64,000 nt of DNA from an uncultured Phascolarctobacterium sp. (GTDB lineage Bacteria > Bacillota > Negativicutes > Acidaminococcales > Acidaminococcaceae): positions 24,917 to 88,916 of the forward strand of contig CAJKLD010000002.1 of the NCBI GenBank assembly GCA_905200645.1. The letters are read 5' to 3'. This document shows, piece by piece, positions 24,782 to 33,693 of the stretch. Each line of letters starts with the position of its first letter. The stretch's first letter is position 1. The notes beneath the pieces are model-generated. The model ran no database searches. It was not told where the DNA came from and saw only the letters and a program-made list of their open reading frames with translations. The position numbers and the translations under genes were made by a program.

Positions 24782-25816
24782 ATGTATCGTTTTAATTCTG
24801 ATTATACGGAAGGCTGTCATCCAAAGATTTTAGAAAAGCTAATCGCTACCAATATGGAGCAAACCGACGGTTATGGTCTCGACCCATACTGCGACGAAGC
24901 GCGCGGCAAAATCAAAGAATATTTTTGCTGTCCCAATGCCGACGTGCATTTTCTTGTGGGCGGTACGCAGACTAACCTGACTGTTATCTGCGCGGCGCTG
25001 CGTCCTCATCAAGCCGTTTTCGGCGCTGTTCCCAGCCACATCAATACTCACGAAGCCGGCGCTATCGAGCATGTTGGTCACAGAGTTCTGCCCCTGCCCA
25101 GCGACGACGGCAAGCTGACTGCCGCACAAATTAAAGCTGAATGGAAAAAATACGCCACCGACCCCAGCCGCGAGCATTGGGCGCAGCCAAAAATGGTGTA
25201 TATTTCCCAGCCTACGGAAATCGGCAGCATGTACAGCAAAAAAGAATTAACAGATTTATATGCAGCCTGCCAAGAATGCGGCCTTTATCTTTTTATTGAC
25301 GGCGCTCGTCTTGGTTACACCCTCGGCGCGCCTGCGAACGATATTACTCCCGCCGATTTAGCAGCTAACTGCGACGTTTTTTATATTGGCGGCACTAAAT
25401 GCGGTCTGCTTTTTGGCGAAGCAGTTGTTATTTTAAACGACGCTCTAAAGCCTGATTTCCGCACGATCGCTAAGCAATGCGGCGCGATTATGGCCAAGGG
25501 TCGTCTTTTAGGCGTGCAGTTCGGCGCAGCTTTCACCGATAATCTTTATACAAAAATCTGCGCGAAAGGAACCTTGCAGGCACTAAAAATCCGCCAAGCC
25601 TTACTGGACTGCGGTTTTAAATTTGTTACCGATTCGCCTACTAACCAACAATTTGTCATTATGACGCCTGCGCAGTTTGCCAAGCTCAGCACCGAATTTG
25701 CTTTAAGCCATATCGCTTATCTGCCCGACGGCAATTACAGCGTGCGCATCTGCACCAGCTGGGCTACGGACGACGCGCAGGTTGATAAGCTCATTGCTAT
25801 GATTAAAGAACTGTAA
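24782..25816 (+). CDS. threonine aldolase family PLP enzyme (beta-eliminating lyase fold)
   Basis: 344 aa. Collinear with E. coli LtaE: FNSDYTEG aligns with DLRSDTVT, FLVGGTQTNL with FLPTGTQANL, and FIDGARL with HVDGARI. Confidence 0.65.
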   Translation: MYRFNSDYTEGCHPKILEKLIATNMEQTDGYGLDPYCDEARGKIKEYFCCPNADVHFLVGGTQTNLTVICAALRPHQAVFGAVPSHINTHEAGAIEHVGHRVLPLPSDDGKLTAAQIKAEWKKYATDPSREHWAQPKMVYISQPTEIGSMYSKKELTDLYAACQECGLYLFIDGARLGYTLGAPANDITPADLAANCDVFYIGGTKCGLLFGEAVVILNDALKPDFRTIAKQCGAIMAKGRLLGVQFGAAFTDNLYTKICAKGTLQALKIRQALLDCGFKFVTDSPTNQQFVIMTPAQFAKLSTEFALSHIAYLPDGNYSVRICTSWATDDAQVDKLIAMIKEL

Positions 25817-25879
25817 AAAATTTTCTACAATATACTAAAGCAAAAGGCCGCCGTTTAGGCGACCTTTTTTTCAGCTATT

Positions 25880-27157
25880 TTATTTTTTTAACACAGGCAC
25901 AGTCAAGCTGCCTTGGGGCATCAGCAGAATTTTATAGTCAGAGCCGACAATTTCTTCCGCCCTAGCGATAGCTGCGTCCACATCATCCACTGCTTCAAAA
26001 AGCAAATCCTGCGCCAGCTTTTTATCTAATGCAGATACCAAAATAAATTTAGCTTTTTTCATCAAGCGGGTAATAGCAAAGGCCTTATGCGCGCCGATAA
26101 CAAATTTTTTCGCCAAGGCTGCTTTAATGGCGTCGGGAGAAGGATTTTCCTGCAAAGCTTTTTCTAAAGCCGCGCTGCCGCTGCCCTCCTCGCATTCGCC
26201 TAAAATAATTACTACGCCGCCCTCACGCACAGCGCACCAAGCGTTGTCCATGGTTTTTTGCAGCTGATAAATGTTAATATCTTTCGGATAACCGCCGCAG
26301 CTGGCGATAACAATATCCGCAGGCTGACTGATAGGCGCTCCGTAAACCTGCTCCACAAATCTACAGGCGTCTAAATGAGATTGCCGCCAATCGCCAGCGA
26401 AAATTTTTAAGAAACGTTTTTGCGCGTCTAAAATTGCGTTGAAATTAAATAATCTATGCTTTTGCGCAAATAAAGCCACGCCCTCCATTTGATCCTCATA
26501 AACAGGATTGCCGTCCAGCCTGCCTAATTGAGAATTAGGGCTCATCATCAGGCTGTGATTGCGGCGCACAGTTTCCATAGCCGCCACACCCGGCAGCACA
26601 GCCTTGCGTCCGCCGCCAAAGCCGCTGAAAAAGTGATATACCACTGTGCCGGTCATAATTACTAAATCAACATCGCAGATAAGCTTATTGATTAAAACCG
26701 GCGTACCAAAGGAAGTAGCGCCAAAATAATTAAAATCTTCATGCTTATTGCAATCGCTGTTATACATGGGCAGACGGGCAGCCACATTTTCGCTGACCTG
26801 CTCCACCATTTCCTCATGGCTCATGGCGCGGTGAGTGCCTAGAGCAAAAACTATTTTCATGTCCTCGTCTTTTACGCCCAGCTTATTCATTTCGTCAACC
26901 AAAATCGGCATAAAATCGTGAGTATTAGCTACACGCGTAGAATCATTGCAGATAAAAGCAATTTTCATGCCTGGTTTCACCAATTTATCAATGGGTTCGC
27001 TGTCAATCGGATGATAAATAGCATCTAAAACCTCAGCCTTTAAATCTGTCAGCGGCGGCAATTCCGCAATTTTAATTTCGTCCAACACATGCTCCTGCTC
27101 TAAAGAAAAATGCTTGTAACCATGTCCATACTTATATTTGTATTCCACTGTAGTCAT
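25880..27157 (-). CDS. LarA-family (nickel-dependent lactate racemase-like, DUF2088) protein
   Basis: 425 aa, the same length as LarA. Conserved segments FICNDSTRV and HFFSGFGGGRK. Confidence 0.6.
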   Translation of the reverse strand: MTTVEYKYKYGHGYKHFSLEQEHVLDEIKIAELPPLTDLKAEVLDAIYHPIDSEPIDKLVKPGMKIAFICNDSTRVANTHDFMPILVDEMNKLGVKDEDMKIVFALGTHRAMSHEEMVEQVSENVAARLPMYNSDCNKHEDFNYFGATSFGTPVLINKLICDVDLVIMTGTVVYHFFSGFGGGRKAVLPGVAAMETVRRNHSLMMSPNSQLGRLDGNPVYEDQMEGVALFAQKHRLFNFNAILDAQKRFLKIFAGDWRQSHLDACRFVEQVYGAPISQPADIVIASCGGYPKDINIYQLQKTMDNAWCAVREGGVVIILGECEEGSGSAALEKALQENPSPDAIKAALAKKFVIGAHKAFAITRLMKKAKFILVSALDKKLAQDLLFEAVDDVDAAIARAEEIVGSDYKILLMPQGSLTVPVLKK

Positions 27158-27213
27158 TGCGACACCTCCATAATAAATATATTGCTTTATTTTTACATTG
27201 CTATGATTACAAA

Positions 27214-27657
27214 TTACGCTTTATTGACTGTTAACAGCAAAATATTTTTTTCATCCCTGCGCTCGTAAGCGGCAGCATCTGTAAATTTGCGCAGCATTAC
27301 CAGCCCCCAGCCTCCGGCGCGCCGTTCGTCCAAAGCCGCTTCAGCGTCAGGCTGCACGTCAGCGTTCAGCATATTAAAAGGTATACCGGCATCCTCCAAG
27401 TACAGCGTTACCGCATTGTTTGCTTCAATAAAATCAAGCTGAAGATATTTTGCACCGGCAAATCCGTCGTAAGCGTAATTAATAATATTTGCCACCGCTT
27501 CTTCCGCCGCCAGCTGCAAACGCATAGCTAAAGGCAAGGGCAACATTTTTTCGCTCTCCTCTCTAATCCACGCCAGCACCAGCGGCAGCTCCTGACCGGT
27601 AGCAGCAAAACGCTTACCGCTTTTTTTTATTATTTCAGCCGTTTGCATAGCCATCAC
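27214..27657 (-). CDS. anti-sigma regulatory factor, HATPase_c-type Ser/Thr kinase (RsbW/SpoIIAB-like)
   Basis: 147 aa. GHKL ATPase motifs including EAVANIINYA and RAGGWGL. Confidence 0.75.
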   Translation of the reverse strand: MMAMQTAEIIKKSGKRFAATGQELPLVLAWIREESEKMLPLPLAMRLQLAAEEAVANIINYAYDGFAGAKYLQLDFIEANNAVTLYLEDAGIPFNMLNADVQPDAEAALDERRAGGWGLVMLRKFTDAAAYERRDEKNILLLTVNKA

Positions 27658-27672
27658 ATCCAGCTGCCGGCC

Positions 27673-27969
27673 TTAATCCCGAATAGTAAAAAAGGAATCG
27701 AAGCCGGACATCTCCAAAACCTCGCGCACCAAATGCTGCACATTACAAAGTACAACTTCCGTCTGCCTGCGCTGCGCGCAAGTTGCCAAAACTAAAAGTG
27801 CGCGCAAACCCGCGCTGCTGATATATTCCAGCCCCTCCAGCTCCAAAATCAGCTTGTCGCCGACAGTTTCCAGCGCCGCCAAAGCCTGCTGCTGAAATTC
27901 GCCGCAGGTTAGCGTATCAATGCGTCCTGTTACCTTTACGATATCTTTATGTACAACTTCTATTTCCAT
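27673..27969 (-). CDS. STAS-domain anti-sigma-factor antagonist (RsbV/SpoIIAA-like)
   Basis: 98 aa. The phosphorylatable Ser lies in YISSAGLRALL. Confidence 0.8.
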   Translation of the reverse strand: MEIEVVHKDIVKVTGRIDTLTCGEFQQQALAALETVGDKLILELEGLEYISSAGLRALLVLATCAQRRQTEVVLCNVQHLVREVLEMSGFDSFFTIRD

Positions 27970-28111
27970 GACGTTCTCCTCACTGTTTAAGCCAAATTTG
28001 CTGCTACTTTATCTTATAATAATTCGCCTTACTGCAAATAAAATCCTGCCGCCGTTTCGTAAAATAAAAATTTATGTTAGAATATAACTAACATGTAAGG
28101 AGGTTTCCGTC

Positions 28112-30016
28112 ATGGATATTTTTAACCGCCAACAATATCTCGCCGCATTGCCTAAAATTCTATTGACGGCGCTTTTATATGGCTTATCCATTCTTCCCGG
28201 CAAAATGCTGCTCATGCTTGTACCAGGAGCCGAAGTGCGTTTCGCAGCCTGCATTCCCGTAATCACAGGCTTTTTGTGGGGGTCTGCCGGAGCTATCGGC
28301 AGCGCGCTGGGTAATTTTATCGGCGATTTTTACAGCGGCGACCCGCTTTTTGTCTGCTTTTGGGGCGCTGTATGTAATTTTTTTTTAGCGCTTCTGCCTT
28401 ACAAGCTCTGGTACGGCGTGCGCGCCCAAAATGCGCCGCTTTTTATTTATGATACGCAAAGCTGTATTAAATTTTTTGCGATAATTTTTCTGACGGCGCT
28501 GAATTTTGCCGCGCTGCTCACCGGTATTACCATCAGTGCGGGAATGCTGGAAAACTCTCGCAGCTTTTTCATTTTCTTTTCCAGCAATTTTAATTTTCCC
28601 CTGCTCTTCGGCCTGCCAATTTTGCTGTACCTGCGCCGCAAAATAAATTTTTCGCTGCCGGCCCTGCCCCCGGCAGCTGCTCAAAAATACTCTTGGCAAA
28701 TATATATTTTAGCTTTAGCCAGCCTTAGCAGCAGCAGCTTTTTATTATACGCTTTTAACGGCGCCAAAGCAGAAACTGCGCTTGTTTTTTTAGTGGTCAA
28801 CGCTTTACTATTGGCTTATGTGTGCACGCTTCCGGCGGCTTACAACCCGTCACTGCTCAACTTACAGCCCAAAAATTATCATTCCATCAGCGCTAAAGCA
28901 GCCTCGCTGCTGATGCTGCTGGCGGTAGCAATTATCTGCTTTACTATTTTGCTGGCATATTTCATTCAGCGCAAAGCTTTTCCCGACGAGGCCGGCTTAT
29001 CCTTATGGCAATCCTTATTCACCACGCTGCTTATCAGCAGCAACATTATTTTTTTAGCGATATTTTTACTGCTGCATCGCATGGAGCAGGCTTTAGTGCT
29101 GCCGTTGCGCCAACTCACTCACGCGGCCACTAATTTAGTTTCCAGCGGTTATTTGGAGCAGCAGCCTTGCCGGCAAGCTGCCCAAGCTTACGAAAAAAAT
29201 CAAGACGAAATCAGCGACCTCTGGACCTCTTTTAATCAAATGTCCTGCGATATCCGCAGCTATATAGACAATATGGCCGCCGCTATTGCCGAAAAAGAAA
29301 ATATAGCGGCGCAGCTTAGCGTAGCCTCGCAAATCCAGCAAAGCATTTTGCCGAACATGATACCAATTAACGAGCAGCTAAAAAATTATACTGTTACTGC
29401 GGGAATGTTTCCGGCCAAAGAAGTTGGCGGAGATATGTACGACTGCTTTTTCCTGCCGGACGGACGACTGGCGATTCTCATTGCGGATGTTTCCGGCAAG
29501 GGTATGCCTGCCGCGCTGTTTATGATGGCAGCCAAAACACTATTGAAAAGCAACGGCAGCTTAGGCGACCCGGCAAAAATTTTAAGTGCCGCTAATGACA
29601 GCTTAGCAGAAAATAATACTAATATGATGTTTGTCACCGTCTGGCTGGGTATTGTAGATTTAGCCAGCGGCAAAATGGTTTATGCCAACGCCGGACACAA
29701 TTACCCGTTATTACAAGAAGAAAACAAGCCGGGCATATGGCTGCGCCAACGTTCAGGTCCGGCCTTGGGTATCATTGCAGACCACGTTTATAAAAATTAT
29801 GAGTTTACGCTGCCTTTCAACAGCAAGCTGCTGCTGTATACGGACGGCATCACGGAAGCAGAAAATCCGCGCCAAGAATTTTATGGCGAGCAGCGGCTGG
29901 AACGGCGCTTTCAGCGCGCGCATATCCCGGAAGACATTCTTTTTTCCGTTTTGGAATTTTCCGAAGATTGTCCCCAAAGCGACGATATTACCTTTTTATG
30001 GCTTAGCCGCAAGTAA
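28112..30016 (+). CDS. membrane-bound PP2C-type serine phosphatase (RsbU/SpoIIE family) with N-terminal polytopic sensor domain
   Basis: 634 aa. About 9-10 TM helices, then a linker, then a PP2C/SpoIIE domain (ADVSGKGMPAALFMMAAK, YTDGITEAEN). Confidence 0.8.
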   Translation: MDIFNRQQYLAALPKILLTALLYGLSILPGKMLLMLVPGAEVRFAACIPVITGFLWGSAGAIGSALGNFIGDFYSGDPLFVCFWGAVCNFFLALLPYKLWYGVRAQNAPLFIYDTQSCIKFFAIIFLTALNFAALLTGITISAGMLENSRSFFIFFSSNFNFPLLFGLPILLYLRRKINFSLPALPPAAAQKYSWQIYILALASLSSSSFLLYAFNGAKAETALVFLVVNALLLAYVCTLPAAYNPSLLNLQPKNYHSISAKAASLLMLLAVAIICFTILLAYFIQRKAFPDEAGLSLWQSLFTTLLISSNIIFLAIFLLLHRMEQALVLPLRQLTHAATNLVSSGYLEQQPCRQAAQAYEKNQDEISDLWTSFNQMSCDIRSYIDNMAAAIAEKENIAAQLSVASQIQQSILPNMIPINEQLKNYTVTAGMFPAKEVGGDMYDCFFLPDGRLAILIADVSGKGMPAALFMMAAKTLLKSNGSLGDPAKILSAANDSLAENNTNMMFVTVWLGIVDLASGKMVYANAGHNYPLLQEENKPGIWLRQRSGPALGIIADHVYKNYEFTLPFNSKLLLYTDGITEAENPRQEFYGEQRLERRFQRAHIPEDILFSVLEFSEDCPQSDDITFLWLSRK

Positions 30017-30072
30017 ACGCATTTACACTTTATGTAGAATATTCGTTCCCAGCGCACTTCACGCAGGGAAGC

Positions 30073-30107
30073 AAAAACGCCCCGAAATTTCGGGGCGTTA
30101 ATTTTTT
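30073..30107. terminator. bidirectional intrinsic terminator
   Basis: Perfect hairpin AACGCCCCG-aaattt-CGGGGCGTT flanked by an A-run on one side and a T-run on the other. It separates the convergent phosphatase gene and precursor-peptide gene. Confidence 0.75.
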
Positions 30108-30426
30108 AACGCAGCCTGCCGGCGATATCCAGTGGAACAATACTATTGCCGCGGCTCTTTTGTGTTTCAAGATAATCATCAATTTTATCAACGCTTACCG
30201 ACATAGCGCTTTGAAAGCCGCTGGTTCCTATACTAATTTTTTTGGTTGCAAGATCATAGGTGGCAGTACCGCTTACATATACAGTATCTACTACTAATTT
30301 GCCATATTGATTAGTAAAAGGCTTGCCATAATAAAGAGTCCCGGCGCCGCCTGCTACATTTTCCAGTTCTTCTTCCGTCAATTGTTCAATTTTTGCCTTG
30401 TCGATAAATTCTTTGTTCTTATCCAC
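30106..30426 (-). CDS. double-glycine-leader precursor peptide C (106 aa; leader about 27 aa, core about 79 aa)
   Basis: Leader MDKNKEFIDKAKIEQLTEEELENVAGG fits the GG-leader consensus (L-12, E-8, L-7, V-4, GG). GTG start with RBS GGAAGGAG. The core has no Cys. Confidence 0.7.
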   Translation of the reverse strand: MDKNKEFIDKAKIEQLTEEELENVAGGAGTLYYGKPFTNQYGKLVVDTVYVSGTATYDLATKKISIGTSGFQSAMSVSVDKIDDYLETQKSRGNSIVPLDIAGRLR

Positions 30427-30452
30427 GTTGTTTCTCCTTCCGTTATTTAATA

Positions 30453-30623
30453 TTACTTATTTCTACAACCTTGCCATCTCGTCTTCCCAGGTTTAAAGCT
30501 ACTTCCTCCTCCGACAGCCTGTTCCAGTTCCTCATCCGTAAGCAGTGCTGCTTTTTCTTTAACAGAAAATTTATGTTCATCATTATCAGCAAGCTTTTTC
30601 TTCTCAAAAGAATTTTTCTTCAT
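30453..30623 (-). CDS. double-glycine-leader precursor peptide B (56 aa; core only about 16-17 aa)
   Basis: Leader ...KAALLTDEELEQAVGG followed by GSSFKPGKTRWQGCRNK. RBS AGGAG sits 7 nt upstream of ATG 30623. The ORF-track start 30641 is an in-frame extension. Confidence 0.55.
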   Translation of the reverse strand: MKKNSFEKKKLADNDEHKFSVKEKAALLTDEELEQAVGGGSSFKPGKTRWQGCRNK

Positions 30624-30640
30624 ACTTACTCCTTCTTTCA

Positions 30641-30877
30641 TTATTTATTTGCCAAAGATTTTACTTTCCCCACAACAGCATAATATTGCCCCGGTGCTTT
30701 TATCACTGTCTGATTAGCAGAACCTGAATTATTTACTTCCATTTGAAACCTCACAGCTGCTTCATCCATGATTAAGGCCGGCAGGGGAACTAACTCTATC
30801 AGCGGACTTTCGCCGCCGCTGGCCTGCGCCAGATCTTCATCCGTCAGCTTTTGCTTATTTATATCAGTCTTAATCAT
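30641..30877 (-). CDS. double-glycine-leader precursor peptide A (78 aa; leader 22 aa, core 56 aa)
   Basis: Leader MIKTDINKQKLTDEDLAQASGG. RBS GAGGAG sits 9 nt upstream of ATG 30877. The ORF-track start 30976 lacks an RBS and overlaps the upstream ABC gene end. Confidence 0.65.
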   Translation of the reverse strand: MIKTDINKQKLTDEDLAQASGGESPLIELVPLPALIMDEAAVRFQMEVNNSGSANQTVIKAPGQYYAVVGKVKSLANK

Positions 30878-30984
30878 AATAAATTCTCCTCGTAACAAGC
30901 AAGCTAATTTTATTCGCCAAGTCATAAGCATTTTATAATTTCTTCGACAACGCGCAGAAAAAATCCTGCTTGGCAAATTTTATT

Positions 30985-33693
30985 TTACGTCAGCTGCCTG
31001 CGCGCCAATTCGGCAAAACTGCCGTTTCTATCCATCAGCTCCGCGTAGCTGCCTTCTTCCACAATGCGCCCCTTATCCATCACCAAAATACGATTCACAT
31101 TTTTTATCGTGCTCAAGCGATGCGCAATAATCAACCGCGTGCAGCGCATTTCATTAAGACTTTTGCTGACAACAGCTTGCGTAGTATTATCCAACGCGCT
31201 GGTTGCCTCATCCAGCATCAGTACTCTAGGATTATGAACAATACTGCGCGCCAGCAAAATACGCTGCCGCTGCCCGCCGGAAATATTGCCGGAACCTTCA
31301 CTTATCATAGTGTGCATCTGCATGGGCATTTCCCGAATATCCTGCGCCAACCCGACGCGCTCCGCAGCCTTCCACGCATCATCTATGGTTAAGCCGCCCG
31401 ACGCACCGATAATATTTTCAAAAATAGTTCCGGCCATCAGCTTGCCATTTTGCAAAACTACGCCCAGTTGACTGCGTACAGAAGCTACATTCAGTTCCGC
31501 CAAATCCATATTATCGTAATACACAGCGCCGCGCAGAGGTTTTTCAAAGCCTAAAAGCAAACGCAGCAACGTAGATTTACCGCAGCCGCTGCGGCCTACA
31601 ATAGCCACCGCTTCACCGGCATTGATAAATAAATTCAAATCTCGCAGCACCTCCGGGCCATCTTTGGAATAAGCAAAGCTTAAATGCCGCAGCTCCAACT
31701 CGCCGGAAAGGCGCCCTGCCTCCAATTTTTCGTCTGACTGTTCGGGCACGGCTTCCAATAAAGGACGCAGATTTTCAATCTGCGGCTGCACGCTGAAAAA
31801 GCTGGCAGCTAACGGCACCATGTTTAACAGCGTAGCGTTAAAAGCAGAATACGCCGCCTGAAAAGCGATAAACTCCGCATAGCTCATAGCAGCCTGCGCA
31901 AAATTTGCGCCGCCCGCCTGACTTTCAATACCGTGCATAGCAATGTAATACAAAAGTAAGCTTAAAAGCAAGGGCTGCCCCATATTGATAATGGCGCTGA
32001 AATTATTTTGCCAGCGCAGCTTTAAATTCCACTTCCATTGCTCGCCAAAGCATTTGGCCCACAAATAAAAAGCCTGCTCTTCTGCGCCCTGAATGCGGAA
32101 TTTGGCTAAGCCGTTAAAAATTTGCACCACCTTAGCCGAGGTTTTATTATCTGCGTTAATCATGTGCCGCTGAAAGTTGATAACGCGCCGATAAATAAAC
32201 GCCGTGATGATAAAATATACCAGCCATAGACACAATGCGGTCAGCGTCAGCTTGAAGCTGTAATAGCACATCAAAAAAACGCTCCACAGCGAAAAAATCA
32301 CATTAAATACGCTGCTGATAAAATCGCCTGTGACAAAAGTTTTGATGGCGTTAATGCCCTGCATTCTGCCTAACAGCTCGCCTGTTTCATATTTTTTGAA
32401 GAAATCGGCGGGCATAGCCAAAAGGCGCGACCACAACGCCGCTTCCGTAGCGATATTCAAATGGTTAGAAATACGCAGCACGGCGATAGAACGTACTAAG
32501 GACAACGCCGCCGTAGTAAAGCCAACCACTAAAATAACCTGCGTAAGCGTAGTTAAGCCCTGGCGGTCGCCAATAGGAATAACATCGCTGAAAATAGATT
32601 TGCTGATAATAGGCGTAACCAGCGGCGTGAGCCCTGCAAAAAAGCTGGCCAGCACAATGGTTATATAATCGTTACGCCAGCATTGGCGCAGCATAAATTG
32701 CAGTAAATCCTTAATTCTCAACGCGCGCTGGGGAAATCCCGCATAGCAGGCGTAAGCTGCGTTGCTCAATTCAGCCGCCAGCTCTGCGTTCAGCTCGGTT
32801 TTGCTGCCGTCGGCTGCATATAAATAATATTTTTCGGGAGTTTCCGGCAGAGCCGCCAGCCATTCCTTATCGCGCTGCACCAACAACACGCCGCTGTCGC
32901 GGCTAAACCATTCTTCCTCTAAAACCACACGGCGCAGCCGCACGCCGCCTTTGACCAGCAAACGTTTAAGAATTGCAAAATCACTTTGCCGCTGCTTCAA
33001 TTCCTTAGGCAGCGTCATACCCTCTATTTCCATTTGAAAATGCCCGCCTATGCGTCTGGCCAGCTGTGTTAAACCGTCGCTGTCGCCATAAATCGGCGCA
33101 AAAGCGTCTTCCTCGCCTGTCAAAATATTGATGGACGCATCTATCAGCTTTTGCTTTTTCTGACGGCGCACTTCCAAACGCTGCGAAAAATATTTGCGCA
33201 GGGAATTAAACTGTCCGCTTAAAAACATTGCCAAAATATTTTCATGCTCCAAAAAGGTAAGCCATAACTGCTCGTCTTTCACATGCAATAAAAAATCTGT
33301 TTTGTTCCAGCCGCCAACATAGTCGTCATTACGCACAGCAAAAAAACGCAGCCACGGCAGCACCAGCAATGATTTAAACCAATCGCGCATACCATCGCGC
33401 AAACCGGCAGCGTCGCCGATACAATTTTCCGCAGCATCAGCAGCGTTGTAAATTGCCAGCTCTACTGGTTTTTTGGCATATAAAAAGATTTCTAATTTTT
33501 GAAACTCATCATAAAGGCCAAACACATACTGCCCTTTGCCGCGTTCCAGCAAAAACATGCGTTCTCTGCCGTCGCCGGTCGCGGCATAAACGTCTACGGC
33601 GCCTCTCAAAACTACAGCCACGGCGCCCTCTTGTTCCAACTTTAGGCATTGCCCGGAAGCGAGCGTCATTTGTTTTGCTTTACTTAAACTCAT
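30985..33693 (-). CDS. ABC exporter (TMD+NBD) with N-terminal cyclic-nucleotide-binding-like domain, NHLM/bacteriocin-system type, no peptidase domain
   Basis: 902 aa. A roughly 300-aa N-terminal extension precedes six TM helices. Walker A GRSGCGKST, ABC signature LSGGQRQR, Walker B LMLDEATSALD. The gene overlaps the upstream ABC gene by 4 nt. Confidence 0.8.
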   Translation of the reverse strand: MSLSKAKQMTLASGQCLKLEQEGAVAVVLRGAVDVYAATGDGRERMFLLERGKGQYVFGLYDEFQKLEIFLYAKKPVELAIYNAADAAENCIGDAAGLRDGMRDWFKSLLVLPWLRFFAVRNDDYVGGWNKTDFLLHVKDEQLWLTFLEHENILAMFLSGQFNSLRKYFSQRLEVRRQKKQKLIDASINILTGEEDAFAPIYGDSDGLTQLARRIGGHFQMEIEGMTLPKELKQRQSDFAILKRLLVKGGVRLRRVVLEEEWFSRDSGVLLVQRDKEWLAALPETPEKYYLYAADGSKTELNAELAAELSNAAYACYAGFPQRALRIKDLLQFMLRQCWRNDYITIVLASFFAGLTPLVTPIISKSIFSDVIPIGDRQGLTTLTQVILVVGFTTAALSLVRSIAVLRISNHLNIATEAALWSRLLAMPADFFKKYETGELLGRMQGINAIKTFVTGDFISSVFNVIFSLWSVFLMCYYSFKLTLTALCLWLVYFIITAFIYRRVINFQRHMINADNKTSAKVVQIFNGLAKFRIQGAEEQAFYLWAKCFGEQWKWNLKLRWQNNFSAIINMGQPLLLSLLLYYIAMHGIESQAGGANFAQAAMSYAEFIAFQAAYSAFNATLLNMVPLAASFFSVQPQIENLRPLLEAVPEQSDEKLEAGRLSGELELRHLSFAYSKDGPEVLRDLNLFINAGEAVAIVGRSGCGKSTLLRLLLGFEKPLRGAVYYDNMDLAELNVASVRSQLGVVLQNGKLMAGTIFENIIGASGGLTIDDAWKAAERVGLAQDIREMPMQMHTMISEGSGNISGGQRQRILLARSIVHNPRVLMLDEATSALDNTTQAVVSKSLNEMRCTRLIIAHRLSTIKNVNRILVMDKGRIVEEGSYAELMDRNGSFAELARRQLT

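Noticed and set aside
30106-30976. Possibility that the three GG-leader peptides are lanthipeptide or sactipeptide precursors
   Set aside because: The cores contain zero or one Cys, and no LanB/LanC/LanM or radical SAM maturase is in the operon. An unmodified class-II/microcin-like product is more parsimonious.
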